A DNA stretch of 64,000 bases from Felis catus (GCF_018350175.1 NC_058368.1:208260001-208324000); one strand, 5' to 3'. Positions 25,465 through 39,343 are shown, numbered from the stretch's first letter. Notes: generated by a model from the sequence alone, not told the origin. Made by a program: numbers and translations.

Positions 25465-25775
25465 CTCCGTTTCCCATTCTCTCCCTCCCTCTCTCTCTGC
25501 CCCTTCCCCGCTCGTGCTCACGCTCTTTCTCACTCTCTCAAAAGAAACAAACATTAAACAAACAGATTGCACAGCTTTATTTCAATGTAATTGTTTCCTA
25601 CCATGGATAAGTTATTCTCTACATTTAAAAACATTATTTGTTTCAAAACATCCGGCTGGCGGGGTCAGTGGAACATGTGACTCTTCATCTCGGGGATTGT
25701 AAATTTGAGCCCCATGTTGGAGGGGGAAATTACTTAAAACTGAAATCTTTAGAAAAAAAAAAAAAAAAAGAAAGA
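25465..25775 (+). mobile_element. 5'-truncated CanSINE tail followed by a short old-type carnivore SINE
   Basis: (CT)n-aaacatt tail at ~25465-25565; catgtgactcttcatctcgggg...gagccccatgttgg...attactt-A tail at ~25650-25775. Confidence 0.7.
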
Positions 25776-26229
25776 GAAACATCATTTTGGGAAGAGTCCA
25801 CAGGCTTTACCAGACTGCCAGAGATGTTCACAGCACACAAACGGTTGAGAACCTTTGGGTTACTAAATTGATGATCCTGGCAGCAAAGTCCAGGGATGTA
25901 GGGAAGGATGGGTGCAGAGTTTTAGAAAGGAGGAAAACTGTCAACTCTGAGAGTGGGAGGAAGGAAGTTAGTCGCAAGGTCATGTGCACAGAGCGCTGGC
26001 AGGACCTCATCATCAGTATATAATTTTTATTGACATTGAACCTACTAGATGCCAGCTTTACGCAAGACAATGAGGTGAGGGCAGGAGAGAAATTAGGCCT
26101 CCGAGGAGAGAACAGCAGGTGGGATGGGGCAGACTACATGAAGGACTCATGGACGGTGAGCAACCACCTGCCCCTTGCCCACCAATCCGTAACTGAAGCC
26201 AGTCTATTTCCCGGACTGAAGATCTGTCC

Positions 26230-26810
26230 ACTCGGTCCACATCTCCACCACCACTACCAGCCTAGAGCCAACCGCCATCATCTCTGATCTGGATTGTCGT
26301 CATAGCCTCCAGCCAGTTTGCATGTGCCCCCTGAACACCGCTTTCAGTAAGCTTTCCACAGCCAGAAGGATCGTTTCAAAACACAGACTAGATCATGGTA
26401 ACCACCTCCCCCTCATACTCCCACTGGGACAAGCCATTTCCTCTGCCTGGAATGATCTTCCCTCTCTTATCTGCTTAAAAAGAAATGCTTCAGATATCAT
26501 CTTTGGGTTATATGCTCAGAATGGTTATATGCTCAGAATGGTTATATGCTCAGAATGCTCCAGCCCATAAAATCCCCTTATTATACACCATTATTATACC
26601 ACCATTTCTTCTTTGTGACACGCTGAATTGTAATTTTTTCATTGACTTGTGTGACTATTTGATCAGTTTGGTCTTTCCTTGTGGCAGCTACATGAGGGCT
26701 GAGGTAGGATCCTGTTTTCTTGTTCATTACTGTCTCCCCAGGACCTGGCATCATGACTAGCATTAAGCAGATCCTTAAAAAAGTATCTTGAGAGAAAGCA
26801 TGAGTGAAAC
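26230..26810 (+). mobile_element. L2 3' fragment
   Basis: Pyrimidine-rich L2 motifs ending gcatgagtgaa. Confidence 0.6.
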
Positions 26811-27879
26811 AGTGAGAAACCATGGTGAGACCCATGGCCACCTCACACGTCTTGAGTCTCAAATAACTTGAGAAGTTGGTTTCCCAACTTGTCACATTGA
26901 CCCAGTGGGGTGTGGAAATCCAAGACAGGATTGGAAAAACTGAGTTCCGGTGGTTTAGGTTTAAGAATTTGCGTGGAAATGATAAAAGAAAGTCTGGGCC
27001 AGCGAATGCGAAATTTTGCTGAGATGACTGACTATTCTAGAATGTGGGTGTAGAGAGAGTCTAATTGCTGGGAATAATCTAAAGAAGGTGATGAAGGGGA
27101 AAGGCTTCAGTAATGAAAGGCCCCTTTGAGGAGTTGAGGTAGGCTTTAATGGAGGTGGGCAGGGGGACAGAGAAAAAGCTGTGGTTGAAGACAGCAGTGA
27201 CAAGTTAGAGATACCAGACAAAGGAACCGTGACTCTGCTACTGTCATTACCTTCTTCTGGAAGCCTGTATCTCCACCAGAAATTCACTGCTGTTTGTGTG
27301 AGCCCAGTCTTCCCTCATGGTGGCACTGCATTTAATTTAAAAGAACTTGAATTTCTGGAGGACTAACTCAAAGTAAAGCAAGTATAGAGGCTGAATAACC
27401 AGCTCTGTTCTAGCACTCCAGGGGGAAAATGGGGAAAAAATGAAAAAAGGCAATGAGACTGATGCCTGCCATTAAAGTTCATCACAAGGCTCGTAGACAT
27501 CAAATAATCCAATAGCAGCTTCGGAGGGGGGGTGGGCAGAGCCAGCAAGGTGGGCCCATTTGGTACCACCTGCTCAACGGAGAGGCTGGTTTTGCACAAT
27601 GTGAGAATTTAAAACACTGCCAGAAATCGGTCCTTGCTCAACTTTGCAAGGTCTCAGCTACCTGTCAGGGGTCACCATGCAACCTCAAGACTGCAGATCT
27701 GGATTTCAGGACTGTTTCCCATTCGTCCAAGGAAGAGAGAAAAAACAACTGATACCCTGCTGAATGGGTGGAGCCAGAATATTAATAATAATATTAATAA
27801 CAAATACTTACAACATGCTTGCTATATGCAAAGCACCAACTCATCTAGACAAAGAGATTTTAGGAGGAAGTTACTAAAA

Positions 27880-28225
27880 AAATTCATAGATTGAAGACCG
27901 AATTCCCAATGTGACTGCATTTGGAAATAGGGCCTTTGAGAAGCTAATTAAGGTTAAGTGAGGTCTTAAGGGGGGGACCTAATTCAATCTGACCAGTGTC
28001 CTTATAAGAAGAGGGAGAGACACCAGGGATATAGACACAGACACAAGGCCCGATGAGGACACAGTGAAAGTATGGCCATCTGCAAGCCAAGGAGAGAGGC
28101 CTCAGGAGAAGCTAAACCTTCCAGTGCCTTCAGCTTGCATTTCCAGCTTCCAGACTGTGAGAAAATAATGTTACTAAAACCACCCATTCTGTGGTATTGT
28201 GTTATGGCACCCCTTCCAGGCTAAA
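27880..28225 (+). mobile_element. MLT1A/B MaLR solo LTR
   Basis: tttggaaatagggccttt, gtgtccttataagaagagg, ggccatctgcaagccaaggagagaggcctcagga, tgtggtattgtgttatggca. Confidence 0.85.
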
Positions 28226-28314
28226 ATGGTCACTGAATTAACCAACCTTAGAATTATCTATCTGCTTTCAGTGACGGAAATAAATGTCCTTACTGCTTTA
28301 AAGACAATCCTAGT

Positions 28315-28641
28315 CTTTTCACAAAAATGGTTCTGGAACAACTAGACAACCTCATGCAAAAAACTGAATCTAGACACAGACCTTACACCTTTCACAAAAA
28401 TTAACTCAAAGAGATCACAGCCCTCAATGTAAAATGCAAAACTATGAAACTTCTACAAGATAATGTGGACAAAAATCTAGATGACCTTGGGTAAGGCTTG
28501 GGATGGCTTTTTAGAGACAACACCAAAGGCATGACCCTTGAAAGAAATAACTAATAAGCTGGATTTCATTAAAGTTAGAGAAGACAAGCCATGTCTAGGA
28601 GAAAATATTTGCAAAAGACACATCTGATAAAGGACTGTTGC

Positions 28642-28706
<65 letters not shown>

Positions 28707-29640
28707 CTCTGAAAGCTCAACCGCAAGAAAATAAACAACTTGATTAAAAAATGGGCTAAATAAAACCTTAACAAAACCTCACCCAAGAAGCCATACAGAT
28801 GGCAAATAAGTGTATGAAAAGATGCTCCACATCATATGTCATCAAAGAAATGCAACGTACAACAATGACATACCACTACACATCTGTTAGCATCTGAACT
28901 CTGACAACACCAAATGCTAACAAAGATGTAGAGCAACGGGAACTCTCAAACATTCCAGGTGGGAGTGCAAAATGGAACAGCTACTCTGGAAGACAATTTG
29001 GCAGTTTCTCACAAAATGAAACATGCTCTTACTATGTGATCACCACACCATCACACTTCTTGTTGGTATTTACCCAAAGAAGTTAAAAACTGATGTCCAT
29101 CCAAAAAACCTGCACACTGTTTACAGCAGCTTTATTCACAATTGCCAAAAACTTGGAGGTAACCAAGATGCCCTTCAGTAGGCATGACAAACATGCCTTG
29201 CAGTGCATACAGACAATGGAATATCATCCGGCATTAAAGAGAAACGAGCCACCAAGCCATGAAAAGGCGTGAATAAAACTCAAATGCATATTACTAACTG
29301 AAAGAAGCCAATCTGAGAAAGCTACATATGATTCCAACTATATGACATTCTGGAAAAGGCAAAATCATACAGAATATAAAAAGGTCAGTGGTTGCCAGAG
29401 GTGGGGGGTGGGGTGAGCCATAATATGAACTACGGCTCACCATGAGTGAGCCATAATATGAACTACGGGCTTTGGGTGATACTGAAGGGGTAATTCAGGT
29501 TCATCATTTGTAACAAAGGTACAAAGGCATGTTGCTAATAGAGGAGGCTATGCATGTGTGGGGGTGGGGGATAGGTGGGAAATCTGTGTACCTTCTCCTC
29601 AGTTTTTTTGTGAAGCTTAAACCGCTGAAAAATAAAAATC
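28315..29640 (+). mobile_element. Old L1 (L1MC-like) ORF2 3' part and 3'UTR, degenerate
   Basis: Typical motifs cacaaaaattaactcaaa, gagaaaatatttgcaa, aaaagatgctccacatca, gaaagaagccaatctgag. Confidence 0.85.
28645..28702. repeat. (TA)n microsatellite
   Basis: Seen directly. Confidence 0.95.
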
Positions 29641-30202
29641 AGTCCTAGCTCTGCCTGCTATTTGGGAGAAGTTATTTGACTTTTACAAGCCCTAGTTTCT
29701 TCATGTATAAAATAGGTATCATAACAATTTCTACTTCCTAGAGCTGGCGTGAAGAGTTAATGAGAGGGCATATGAGAAAGTTGGACACAGTGGTCAAGAA
29801 TTAGAATGTGACCATTTCTTTTGGAAGCAGAGAGCATACGAAACCTCTTCTTACATTACTGTGTTGGCTTTTCCACTGAACTGGGTGAGTAAGGGAGGGT
29901 GAAAGCGCTGAACTGCTTGCTGCTTTGTTGGATGAGACCATGCCATGCTTCGTGAAGACAGCCAAGGGCAACAGGACACAACCGAGGGTTTGGTGCGCCA
30001 TATTGTTTAACCTATCTTGGTATTCAGATCCAGGTCATCATGTCTGCAAAGCACCAAGCTTGTCCCCTGGGCCCACCTCCCTCCTAAAGTTTGACATTAG
30101 CCAGCTGCCTAGGGTTTCAATCCATGAAGCTTCTTACTGCCCTGGCCCACACCAGAAAGGCAATCCCACAAGAGCACCCTGGCCCACTGGGCAACCACTT
30201 AC

Positions 30203-30392
30203 CCACGTCGGCCCCACTGAGTGCTTTTCCCAGTGGCCAGGGCCTCAAGTCGATTCGCTTCCCATTGACGGTGAGCGACTGCACACAGCCTTGAAAGCCT
30301 CTGTTTGTTCCTGTTGCTCTGACCAACCAGTAAGCACTGGGAGCCCCACCAAGATAGAGGGGCGTCCGGAAGGTAATTTTACTGTACTGGCC
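30203..30392 (-). CDS. EGFLAM: EGFLAM exon (~exon 12, 190 nt): end of LG1 ([18 protein letters not shown]...[32 protein letters not shown])
   Basis: Acceptor tacAG|GGC and donor GTGG|gtaagt; LYLGG and FQGC LamG motifs. Confidence 0.96.
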
Positions 30393-30930
30393 CTGTAAGA
30401 AAGAAGAAAACCGTAACTCACTAAACAAAATCAAAAGCCAAAACACAACAGATTTTAATGAGGGACATGGTTAAGATGTAGTTTACAGCCCCACTGCTTT
30501 CTTCCATCTGTGTTTATGTTTATGACATTGCCTTACTGGAAAATTAAACCCCTGGTTACCGTAGGAAACTCAGTGAGCTCCTCAGAGGGCTGTGTTTCGA
30601 GAAGGGATGATTTTGGAAGCCTAGAAGGGAAGGGAAGGTAGGTCAGAGCCAAGAGCAACCCAACGGGCAGGGTACTGGGCCGGGCATCCAACAAAAACTT
30701 TGTCTTTCCAGTCTTGACACCAACTTACTGTGTACCTTGGATGGTTCACAGGGTTATTCTGCGTCTCAAAAGATGATAATGCTAATTTTGTGTATATGTG
30801 GGCCAACGCTTACCTTTCCTATTCCCAGACACCTTTATACTATATCCTGCAAGAAACATTGTGTGTGCGGGGGAGGATTGCCACACAGATTGTGTTGCAA
30901 AATATTTTGAAATTTGCTCATGGATACAAC

Positions 30931-30931
<1 letters not shown>

Positions 30932-30976
<45 letters not shown>
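30932..30976. repeat. (TG)n microsatellite
   Basis: Seen directly. Confidence 0.95.
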
Positions 30977-30981
<5 letters not shown>

Positions 30982-33712
30982 CGGTGAGGTAGGGACATTT
31001 CTAATCTTAGAGAAAACCACAAACTGGATTGCAGGTTTTGAGGTTACAAAACACAGACCTGAACATTAGGTGGGACAAAATTAAGGCACCCTTGGTCATT
31101 TTTTTTTTTATTACAGAAATATTTCATTCATTTGGATTAAAGGGGACTGGGAAAAAGCATGTTGCCAGAATTTTTAAAGTCCAGAACGTAAGCCACTGAA
31201 ATGTGGCAAACGAAATGTTGCCAACAAATAGAACATCTAATCGTTACTTTATATTTTCTAATGAATGGATAAGAATCATTTATAAATAGTGTGCTGAATG
31301 TGAGCGAGGCAGCTGTAAAGTGCTTACAGTGAATTGTAAGGACTGTTTGCCAGCCTCTGGGCACACTGCTTTTGTGGGATGACCTGAATGCCCTGTTGGC
31401 TTATTTCGTTAAGATCCTCAGAATTCACTCCTGAAACCCATCTTCACTCTGTTCCCTGATTCAGGACTGTACCAGGAGCCTGACCACTTAGCGCTTTTTT
31501 CCTTTTCTGGAACAGCAACCCTGAGCCCCCCTTACAACGTCCCAGGCAATAGTCTGGTAAAAGCTGGCTTTTACCTTCCTCTGGTGAGGGTTGCTTTGGG
31601 TTTCTGGAGCCTGCTTTGCCTACGAGGCAGAGAATTCAAAGTGCCCTGGAGTTTTCATTTCCCCTGACACAGCACTTAACAGTGTTTGATGGGTGCCAAA
31701 GTGTGAAAGTCCAATTGACCAGCTTTGGGTTGGGACCGCTCTGAGGTATAAGTTATACTACAGAGCTCCCCTAGGGTCAGGCTGAAGCCACACAGACCCT
31801 GAAGAACTTTGCAAACCTTGATATAAGACAGAGTCACTATCTCCCAAGATAGTTTACTAAACATTCCACAGCTGCTGTCCTGCTTATACAGCTTGCTAGC
31901 AAATCCTGGGAGGAGAGCGGCAAACGCTGCCCTGAGTAGCCATAAAATTGTATGTTTCTTGCAATTAATTCTTATATTCATTCAAAGGATAAGATTGGCA
32001 AAAATACAAACACTCATATAAGCCAAGCTCACATTGACTTCCGGAGCCCTTGTATTATCCCTACCAAAAGGTTTCGGTAACTTATTTTTTCAACACCCCC
32101 AAGGACAGGACAGGAAACCGTCTCCTGAGATAGTCCTTTGCACTTCTGTGCACTTTTGTATGATTAAGTGGAGTTAAAATTACTCCCTTAGGCTCTCCCA
32201 TTCAACATCAGCCTGGGGGGGGGGGGGCACAGAGTAAGTCCTTCTCTCCCCAAATTCCCTCTCTGATTCTATGAAAAGGCACCATCCACACCTTCACCTT
32301 CTTTTCTCCAAACTAAACAATGCTCCTTCAATGAATCACTCCAGGGATTTCAGGTCAGTTTCCTGTTTCAATGATTGCCTTCATGTTCCAATATGTCTGT
32401 GGTCCTCTTAGAGGACCTCTTCGAGTACAATCACAGAGCTGAATGCAATCCTCTTAGAGGATTAGAGTTACCATTAGAGCACTAGAAGCTATATACAGGG
32501 CTACTAGGATATCATACGATCATCACCTCGCTTTTTCTAGATGCTATGCCTCTATTAATACAACTTGTAATTTCTTCAGCTTGCCGTTACCATATGGCTC
32601 TGCTTATTAACCTTTACTGAACTTCCTTGCTTCAAAACATAAGACATTTTCACATGTGTTGCTGCTTTTATTACAGTTTCTCTGCCCTATATTCACTATT
32701 ACTATTTTGGATCCAAGTTCAAAGCTTCTTTATTCCTATCAAACTTAATTTTAATCATATTTAGGGCTATTGTTCTGGGATTTATGTGATTCTGTAGTTC
32801 ATTTATCCTGTCTTTTTTTCCTTAGAAGTACATGCATATATGCATAAGCGATCTCACTGGATTCATATTCTCTATATTTGGATTCTTGTTCCTTTGGAAG
32901 CTTTGGGGTCCAAATTAATGGGAATCAGCAAAGCATGGCTCTTTATAGGATATATCTTGCCAGTAAAAAAGTCCAGGCAGGGAGGAAGCTATATACATAT
33001 ACACAAAGGTTTTCTTGCTACATTTTTCCTGAGAGAACACAGACACCTGCCTGATTATAATTACACACTCCGTTCCTTGGCAGGTTGCTAATCCAAACTG
33101 TTTATTCTAAACATGGTTCTGAAATTGCCCAGAGCATGACGAATATGTGAATACCTAGGTGATTTACTGAGTAGCCCCACAGTTAAATTGTTTTGCCGCT
33201 TCCTATAACCATGGCCCCCCAAAATGGTAGATGAAAGGATCATTCCTGCATATTGAACCAAGTGAAACTTTCCGAACTCTTTGCTAAAGCCACAGAATTG
33301 CAACACCCTTGCCTTAAAAGCAAGCTTTGTGTTTGGCACTAATAATGGCTTCTATTCTTCTGATACAGGCCTTCTTCTACCCCTGGCTTTGATGTCCTTG
33401 TGGAAAAAGAACATGTCCCTGGGCACAAAGCCAACTGCATGCTTCTGTGCCCCCGCAGTAATGACGCTTGCAAATCCGATTCTGCTCCTCAGTAGATGTG
33501 GGATGGATGTGTGCCCTGAAAGCCCACCGAGGGTGGTAAGAGCCACTGAGATGCAGGAGCATCTCAGAGCTGGGGTGCACGGGTTTGCCATGACAACCAG
33601 CCCATCCGGAGCTCGCATCCCGCCAGCGTGGCCTGAGCTCGGCAGCAGGGCCCTCTTGGGACGCGCATGGTGGGTGCTGGGTGGGTGGGCAGGTTGGGAG
33701 GCTCACACTCAC

Positions 33713-33857
33713 CTGGGACTGGCCGGTCGCCGGGGTGCCATTGTTCAGCTGCAACAGCCCGTTCAGCCCATCTCTGTAGAGTGTAACCGTGTGCCAGCCC
33801 CCCAGTTTGATTTTGGTTTCACTTATAATGATGCCCACCCCAGTTCCACAATTAAAC
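33713..33857 (-). CDS. EGFLAM: EGFLAM exon (~exon 11, 145 nt): LG1 ([48 protein letters not shown])
   Basis: Acceptor cacAG|G and donor CAG|gtgag; LamG WH motif. Confidence 0.96.
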
Positions 33858-35776
33858 CTGTGGGGAAGGAAAAAAAAGAAAGAAAGGCTCTCTGATCAAC
33901 CAGCTCGTTATGCTTTCAGGCCCCACGGATACCACTTCTGGGGCAATGGCTTCTCTGAGAGTCAATCTGTTTAGTTACGTTTATGAATATCAAGGACTGT
34001 TTAAATCTCTAGAGGAAAGAGCTAAACACCTGCTTTCTGGGCCGGCCTCAATCTACTTATCTTAATCTGCCCGCAGACCTTTCAAATGTGGGGCCTCCTT
34101 CAACCTGATTTTCTCTGCAGCTTCGAAAACGATGGGCAACTAAGATCCTCCCCCTCCTTCTCAGTGACTGCCAGATGCTTCAAGTGGATCCCAAGAGCAG
34201 AGAATTAGAACTTGAGTCATTTTGCTTCCAGGTATTTCTCTGGGGACTTCCCCCAACTCCCAAATGACAGGCTCCAGCGATATTATTTAAATGTCAAAAA
34301 ACACTCATTTTGGCCAGCTGGCTAGCACTGCCATCTGTGTTCAGCTGTGCCCAAATGCAGGTGCAGTTTCCATAGGGGGGGAGGCGTGGGCAGAGGGGGA
34401 ACATTCTCAGACGATTGCTTTATTCTTGTTTTTGCTTTGTTTTTTTCTCCCAACTTCCCTATGGCCCAGGGTGCCCACCAGTCACTATGCCTTACACCCA
34501 TGATTTTGACCCTTTCCAGTCAACTTCCAGGCAGCCACCATGCCACTCCCCCACAGATCCTGAGATGGCCAGTAGGGAAGGACACATGACCAGCATTGTC
34601 CTTCTCAGGACGTGCACTAATTACAGTCCCTTCTCATGGCTTCCCTTTGTCTCCACGATCCTCAGTGGACTGAAATGGGGTTGAGAGGCATGGTGGAGCA
34701 GGCTCATCTAGAAGGGGTATCAGACTCCACAGCAGCTGCCCAGTTGGAGAGCGGCCAGCAGCCAATCACAGCCAATGCCACTGGAAGTCTATCAGATCCT
34801 TCAAGGGTGAGAACCACTGCCCCAGATCCTGGCCCTGACATCAAACTCCCATGAATCAAAGCATTTAGCAAAGGATAGGGGACCACTGTCTACCCCAAGT
34901 GGGATGTTTCAGTCTTCTTCAGCTTAACCCAAATAATTTCTGTGCTGAAATAATCAAAAGACAATGATGGTTAATGCTTATTGAGTGCTTGCTATGGGCC
35001 AGGCACTACTCTAAGCACTTGTATGTATTAATTCACCTAATCCTCACAAGAGCCCTGGGAGGAAATGCAGGCTCAAAGAGGTACAGTCACTTGCTCAGAG
35101 TCAGGGAGCAGAGGAGCAGTGCTATCAGGATCTTAACCAGCACACTATGGAGAAGGACAAGGCTGATCCTCATCAGTCATTCTCAGATAGGTGCTTGTGT
35201 ACCCTTGAGGGTGGCCAAAACACTCACACCTTCACAAAGCTCTGTCCCCAGAAAACCACACGCAAACCAAAGATGGCTTCCAAGATATATTGGGAGAGAA
35301 ATGACCAGGGCAGAGGAGGAACACCAGACAGCCTGCCACAGCCAGAGGGAAAAATAGGGATGGGCTCTGAGCCTCTGGGAGCCCTCAGGAGGTTGTAGGC
35401 TCCTCTCTGCTCCCCAGGAATGTCAGTCCGACCTACCACAGGGGACAGGGAGAAGATCTCAGCCTCCTTCCCATCACATCCACTAGGGCTGTAGGAGCAA
35501 AGGGACTAGGTCACTTAGGCTCACTGTTGCATTCACAGGATCTACAACAGTCCCTGGTACACCGTGGGTGCTCAAGAAATATTTCCTGTTGAACGAATGG
35601 ATGGTTACAGGGTTCTGAAACTCAAGTTCCAAGGGTGACCCTGCAGTCCCGATAAGCCACTATTTAGTAACCTTTATCTCCAGGAGTCCATCGCATGTAT
35701 TTTTTACTCTATAAAAATGTAAAAACATAATGTAGGATGGTATTTTAAAAATCTGTGGGATTTTAGTGAGAGTTAC

Positions 35777-35877
35777 CTGAATTGGAGTGAGCGTCGGATG
35801 ATGGCCAGAGACATGAAGTCACCCCTCCCGTGTTCATTCTCCCCGCAATAGAGCAGTAAACCATCTTCTGCCTCCGC
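35777..35877 (-). CDS. EGFLAM: EGFLAM exon (~exon 10, 101 nt): LG1 ([34 protein letters not shown])
   Basis: Acceptor aacAG|GCG and donor AG|gtaac; LamG motif DGLLLY. Confidence 0.95.
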
Positions 35878-37014
35878 CTGTTGTACAAACAAACGCCACA
35901 CAAACAATGAGCACCACCTGGAAACACTCATGAATATGAAACCTGAGCATTCTCCCTGTGGTCCTATTTACAAAGGAGCAAGCTCATGGACTCCAATTAA
36001 CTCCCAGTTGCCAATTCTCAGTTCTTTTCCCTTTAAAAAACGGCAGCGATATAAACAGTGTGTGACAAATGGCAGTGAGGTTAGAGAAAGGTGACTCCGC
36101 ATTTGACCTGCTCTTTACTTGGCTTTGTGGGTCCACCAGCAGAGCTTCGGGAAAATGTGTGCAGAGACCACGGTCACAGAGAGGCTGTTTGCATGTCCAT
36201 CAAATTCTACTTCCCCAAAGAGCACTCTATTTGTTTTTGTTTTTGTTTTCATTCTTTTTACTTCCCTCCCTGTGGAGAAGCATGCAAATTTGCTTCTTTC
36301 CTTCTGTCAGGAGAACAGGACGATAAAATCAGCCCCACTGACAGTCTAGTTTGGTTTTCACCCATGTTGGCTGCCCTAGCCTGAGACAGATCATCTTTTG
36401 GACGATCTCAACACTCAACACACTCAACACTGTGATCATGATCTCAAAGGAGGCTTGTTTCCAGGTCTCAAACCTTGTTGTCTGAGATGCGCAAAAGAAT
36501 AACTTGAAGCTGAAGTCGCTGATTGAATTCTGATGTGCAGTTGATTCAAATCAGAGAGCGTCCACTGGGCCCTCACTATGTGCGAGGGCTTTGTATAGCA
36601 GCTTTCCTATTTGTTCAGCTACAGCCATAGCATTGAGGGCAGACATTTGGGCTTCCTCTAAAAGGGATTTGGGAATGGGGAATGCATTATACCTCTGAAA
36701 TCCTGGCCTGTGAGGAGTCACAATTATGGGCAACAGAGCTGGGACCTACACATTCTCACTGGTCAGACAGTCATTTCCATAGTTCAGTAGCATACAGGAC
36801 CCACCCTCCACTCGCTGGCACCCTTGAATGTGTGAACGTGCCCAATGTTCTCACTACCCTGTGAACAGGTTTCAGGACAGGCCCTGTGTCATATTTACCT
36901 TCTCTACTTACCTCCCTGCTTCCTGCACCCCCACCCGACCCCGTCTGATGTGGCACAATGATGTGTTAAGCTGCCCATCCAATAGGCATTCATCAAACAA
37001 CTAATCCTTCTTAC

Positions 37015-37115
37015 CCTAAATTCAAGAGTAATTTGAAATGCCTGATAGGAGTTCTTCAGAGGTTCAAAGGTTACAAAGGAGTGGCCAAAGAACTGAGGAT
37101 ACTGTATAACAATAT
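37015..37115 (-). CDS. EGFLAM: EGFLAM exon (~exon 9, 101 nt): start of laminin G1 ([34 protein letters not shown])
   Basis: Acceptor tttAG|AT and donor AGG|gtaag; frame continuous with neighbours. Confidence 0.95.
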
Positions 37116-37760
37116 CTAAAAAGAGAAAAAGATAACATAAAAGAATGTTATTTCCTCACTTCTTCAAGTGCAAAAATCAATATATGCCATTGTCCGGATA
37201 TCATTAAGTGAAAACCCCTAATAATCTATTAAACCTAGCTCATTATCGCCTCTACTTTTTACACTTATGATTCTCATTCTTGGGGACTTAGAGCTTCTGA
37301 AATTCTTAGGGAGAAACTGGAGATTGTTAAATTGCTACCTAAAAAGAAATCAATGGCTTTAAGACCACTGACACCTGTTTTCCAGCTGTACGTTTGTGTA
37401 AGTGTAAGTTGGCTCAATTACTATCTTTCTTAACCTTCACGCAACATGCTTCAGCTGCATGTTTTCGGTAGAGATGTGATCAAGGTAAAGTCCACCTCTC
37501 CAAGGTGCTTTTAGGATGATTAATTGCTTCAAAAGTACTACATGTGTGGCACACATAGACACAGGGCTGCTATTCAACTAGAAGCAACAGAAGTTGCCTT
37601 ACCTTTTTCCTGTGTAGCTAATTTAATCACGAGTACATGGAAAAAGGGGCTTCTCTTAGAAAAAGGGCTAGAAGAAACCATGTGTGGACCACAAAACTGC
37701 CCTCTGGCTCCCAATGGGACCAACCTCCCTACCACATTCTTTTCCCCACCAAGGGCCTAC

Positions 37761-38079
37761 CTTCTGAGCAGCTCTCACCACCTCTGCCCAGGTTGCAGTG
37801 GCACCGCGAGCCCCCCCAGGTGTAGTCATTGACACAAAAGCTGTCAGCTGAGCAGAGCGTTTCATCACAAGACATGTCAAAGAGCCTCGGCATTACAGCC
37901 ACACCATTCTTCCCTTTCCTCTCCGCTGGAGTGGGCTGGGGAGCCACTGTAGTCATTGGGAGAGACGCTAGGGTAGGGGGGACAAGCCTAGAAGCGGTCT
38001 TTGGGTTTGACCTGGGTGCCATCTTGGATTCCCCCCAAAATTTCTTATGTCCTCCTTTGATAGCAGGAAGTGGTTTAAC
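37761..38079 (-). CDS. EGFLAM: EGFLAM exon (~exon 8, 319 nt): Pro/Thr-rich linker and EGF-like 1 (VKPLPAIK...[36 protein letters not shown])
   Basis: Acceptor ctctAG|GTT and donor GAAG|gtagg; six-Cys EGF pattern; overlaps ORF 37729..38022. Confidence 0.96.
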
Positions 38080-38647
38080 CTAGAGCCAGAGAAGAGAAAG
38101 GATTCAGGATTAACACCAGCACAGTGTTTAGACAGCCTCATTTATGGTTGGTGTCTAATACTTGAAAAGTCCCTTTTGTTATTTCTCAAAACTCTAGGAT
38201 GTAGATGGGGCAGATAGTACTGACCCCAGTTTATGGATAAGAACTTTAGGCTCAAGGATTTTAAGTACCTTGCCCTGTGCTATACAGAAAACCAGTGGTA
38301 AAGCTGGTATTACATGATTTTTATTGTTATAATATCATGAAGATGCCTCACTTTGTCAAAGAATTGTTCATTTCCTTCTAATACCTGACTGTGTATTTTC
38401 ACATGGTGGGAAATCTAAATATGTTTTTGCCAGTCAGCAGGCAGGGGCTGGCTACACAACATTAGCATGCTAGTTGCTACTAATTTATAAGCACCTGGAG
38501 CCTAATAGAGAAAATAAATACGTATTAAGAGCAAATGGGCCCGCTTAAATAAGTTTTAAGTAGAATGTTCATGGTCCAACAGCTAACTTGCCTTGTTCAG
38601 CAGGAAAATCAAAACACACAGGTTTTAAGAGCAGAGATTCTTGTTAC

Positions 38648-38763
38648 CTCCTCGAAGGAAATATCCAAATCTAAGTCGTCTTCAAATCCGTCATCATCCT
38701 CACTGACTCCCATGTCGGTTGTATAGCGGGGTCCATAGCGGCCACTTCCTGCCTCCTCAGGGC
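38648..38763 (-). CDS. EGFLAM: EGFLAM exon (~exon 7, 116 nt): acidic linker [38 protein letters not shown]
   Basis: Acceptor tgtgaAG|GC and donor GAG|gtaac; phase 1 in, phase 0 out; recognisable pikachurin peptide. Confidence 0.95.
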
Positions 38764-39343
38764 CTTCACAGAAAGGAGCACACTGTTGTCAACATATGCC
38801 TTCCCTCTGCCCCTTTCTATCCTAAATCAGCCACAGACAGGACTCTGCCAAATGCATCGCGATGTCTCGGAAACACACAAAGAATTCAACACGGAAGAGG
38901 AAGCATCAACGACTAACAAATAGAAAATGTTTCATCTCATAAGTATTAAGGAAATGCTAATTAATGCCAGAAAGAGCTGCCGTTTTATACTGACAAGATT
39001 GGCAAAAAGGTAAACGCTGGGCAATAAAAGAATATTACCAAGGATGGGATCAACGGGGACTCATACACCAATGTTACATGTGTGCAACCATTTTGCAAAA
39101 ATACTTGGAAATAAGTAGAAAACGTTCGTACCTTTTGACCCAGCAATCTCACCCCAATTTAGCAATCTCACCCCAACTTACAAAATCTGGAGAAACCCTC
39201 CCACATGTGTACCACAACATGTGCAAAACACACTCAGAGCATCACAATTTGTAACAGTAAAAAGCATTTCAAATTTGCTATTTATAACAACAAGTAGCAC
39301 CCCATATATCTGTCAATAGAGAATGGATAAGTGAATTACAGTA

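Noticed and set aside
35818..35826. RGD tripeptide in LG1 (HGRGDFMS) as an integrin site
   Set aside because: The Asp falls at the usual LG-domain calcium-ligand position, and there is no evidence of an exposed integrin loop
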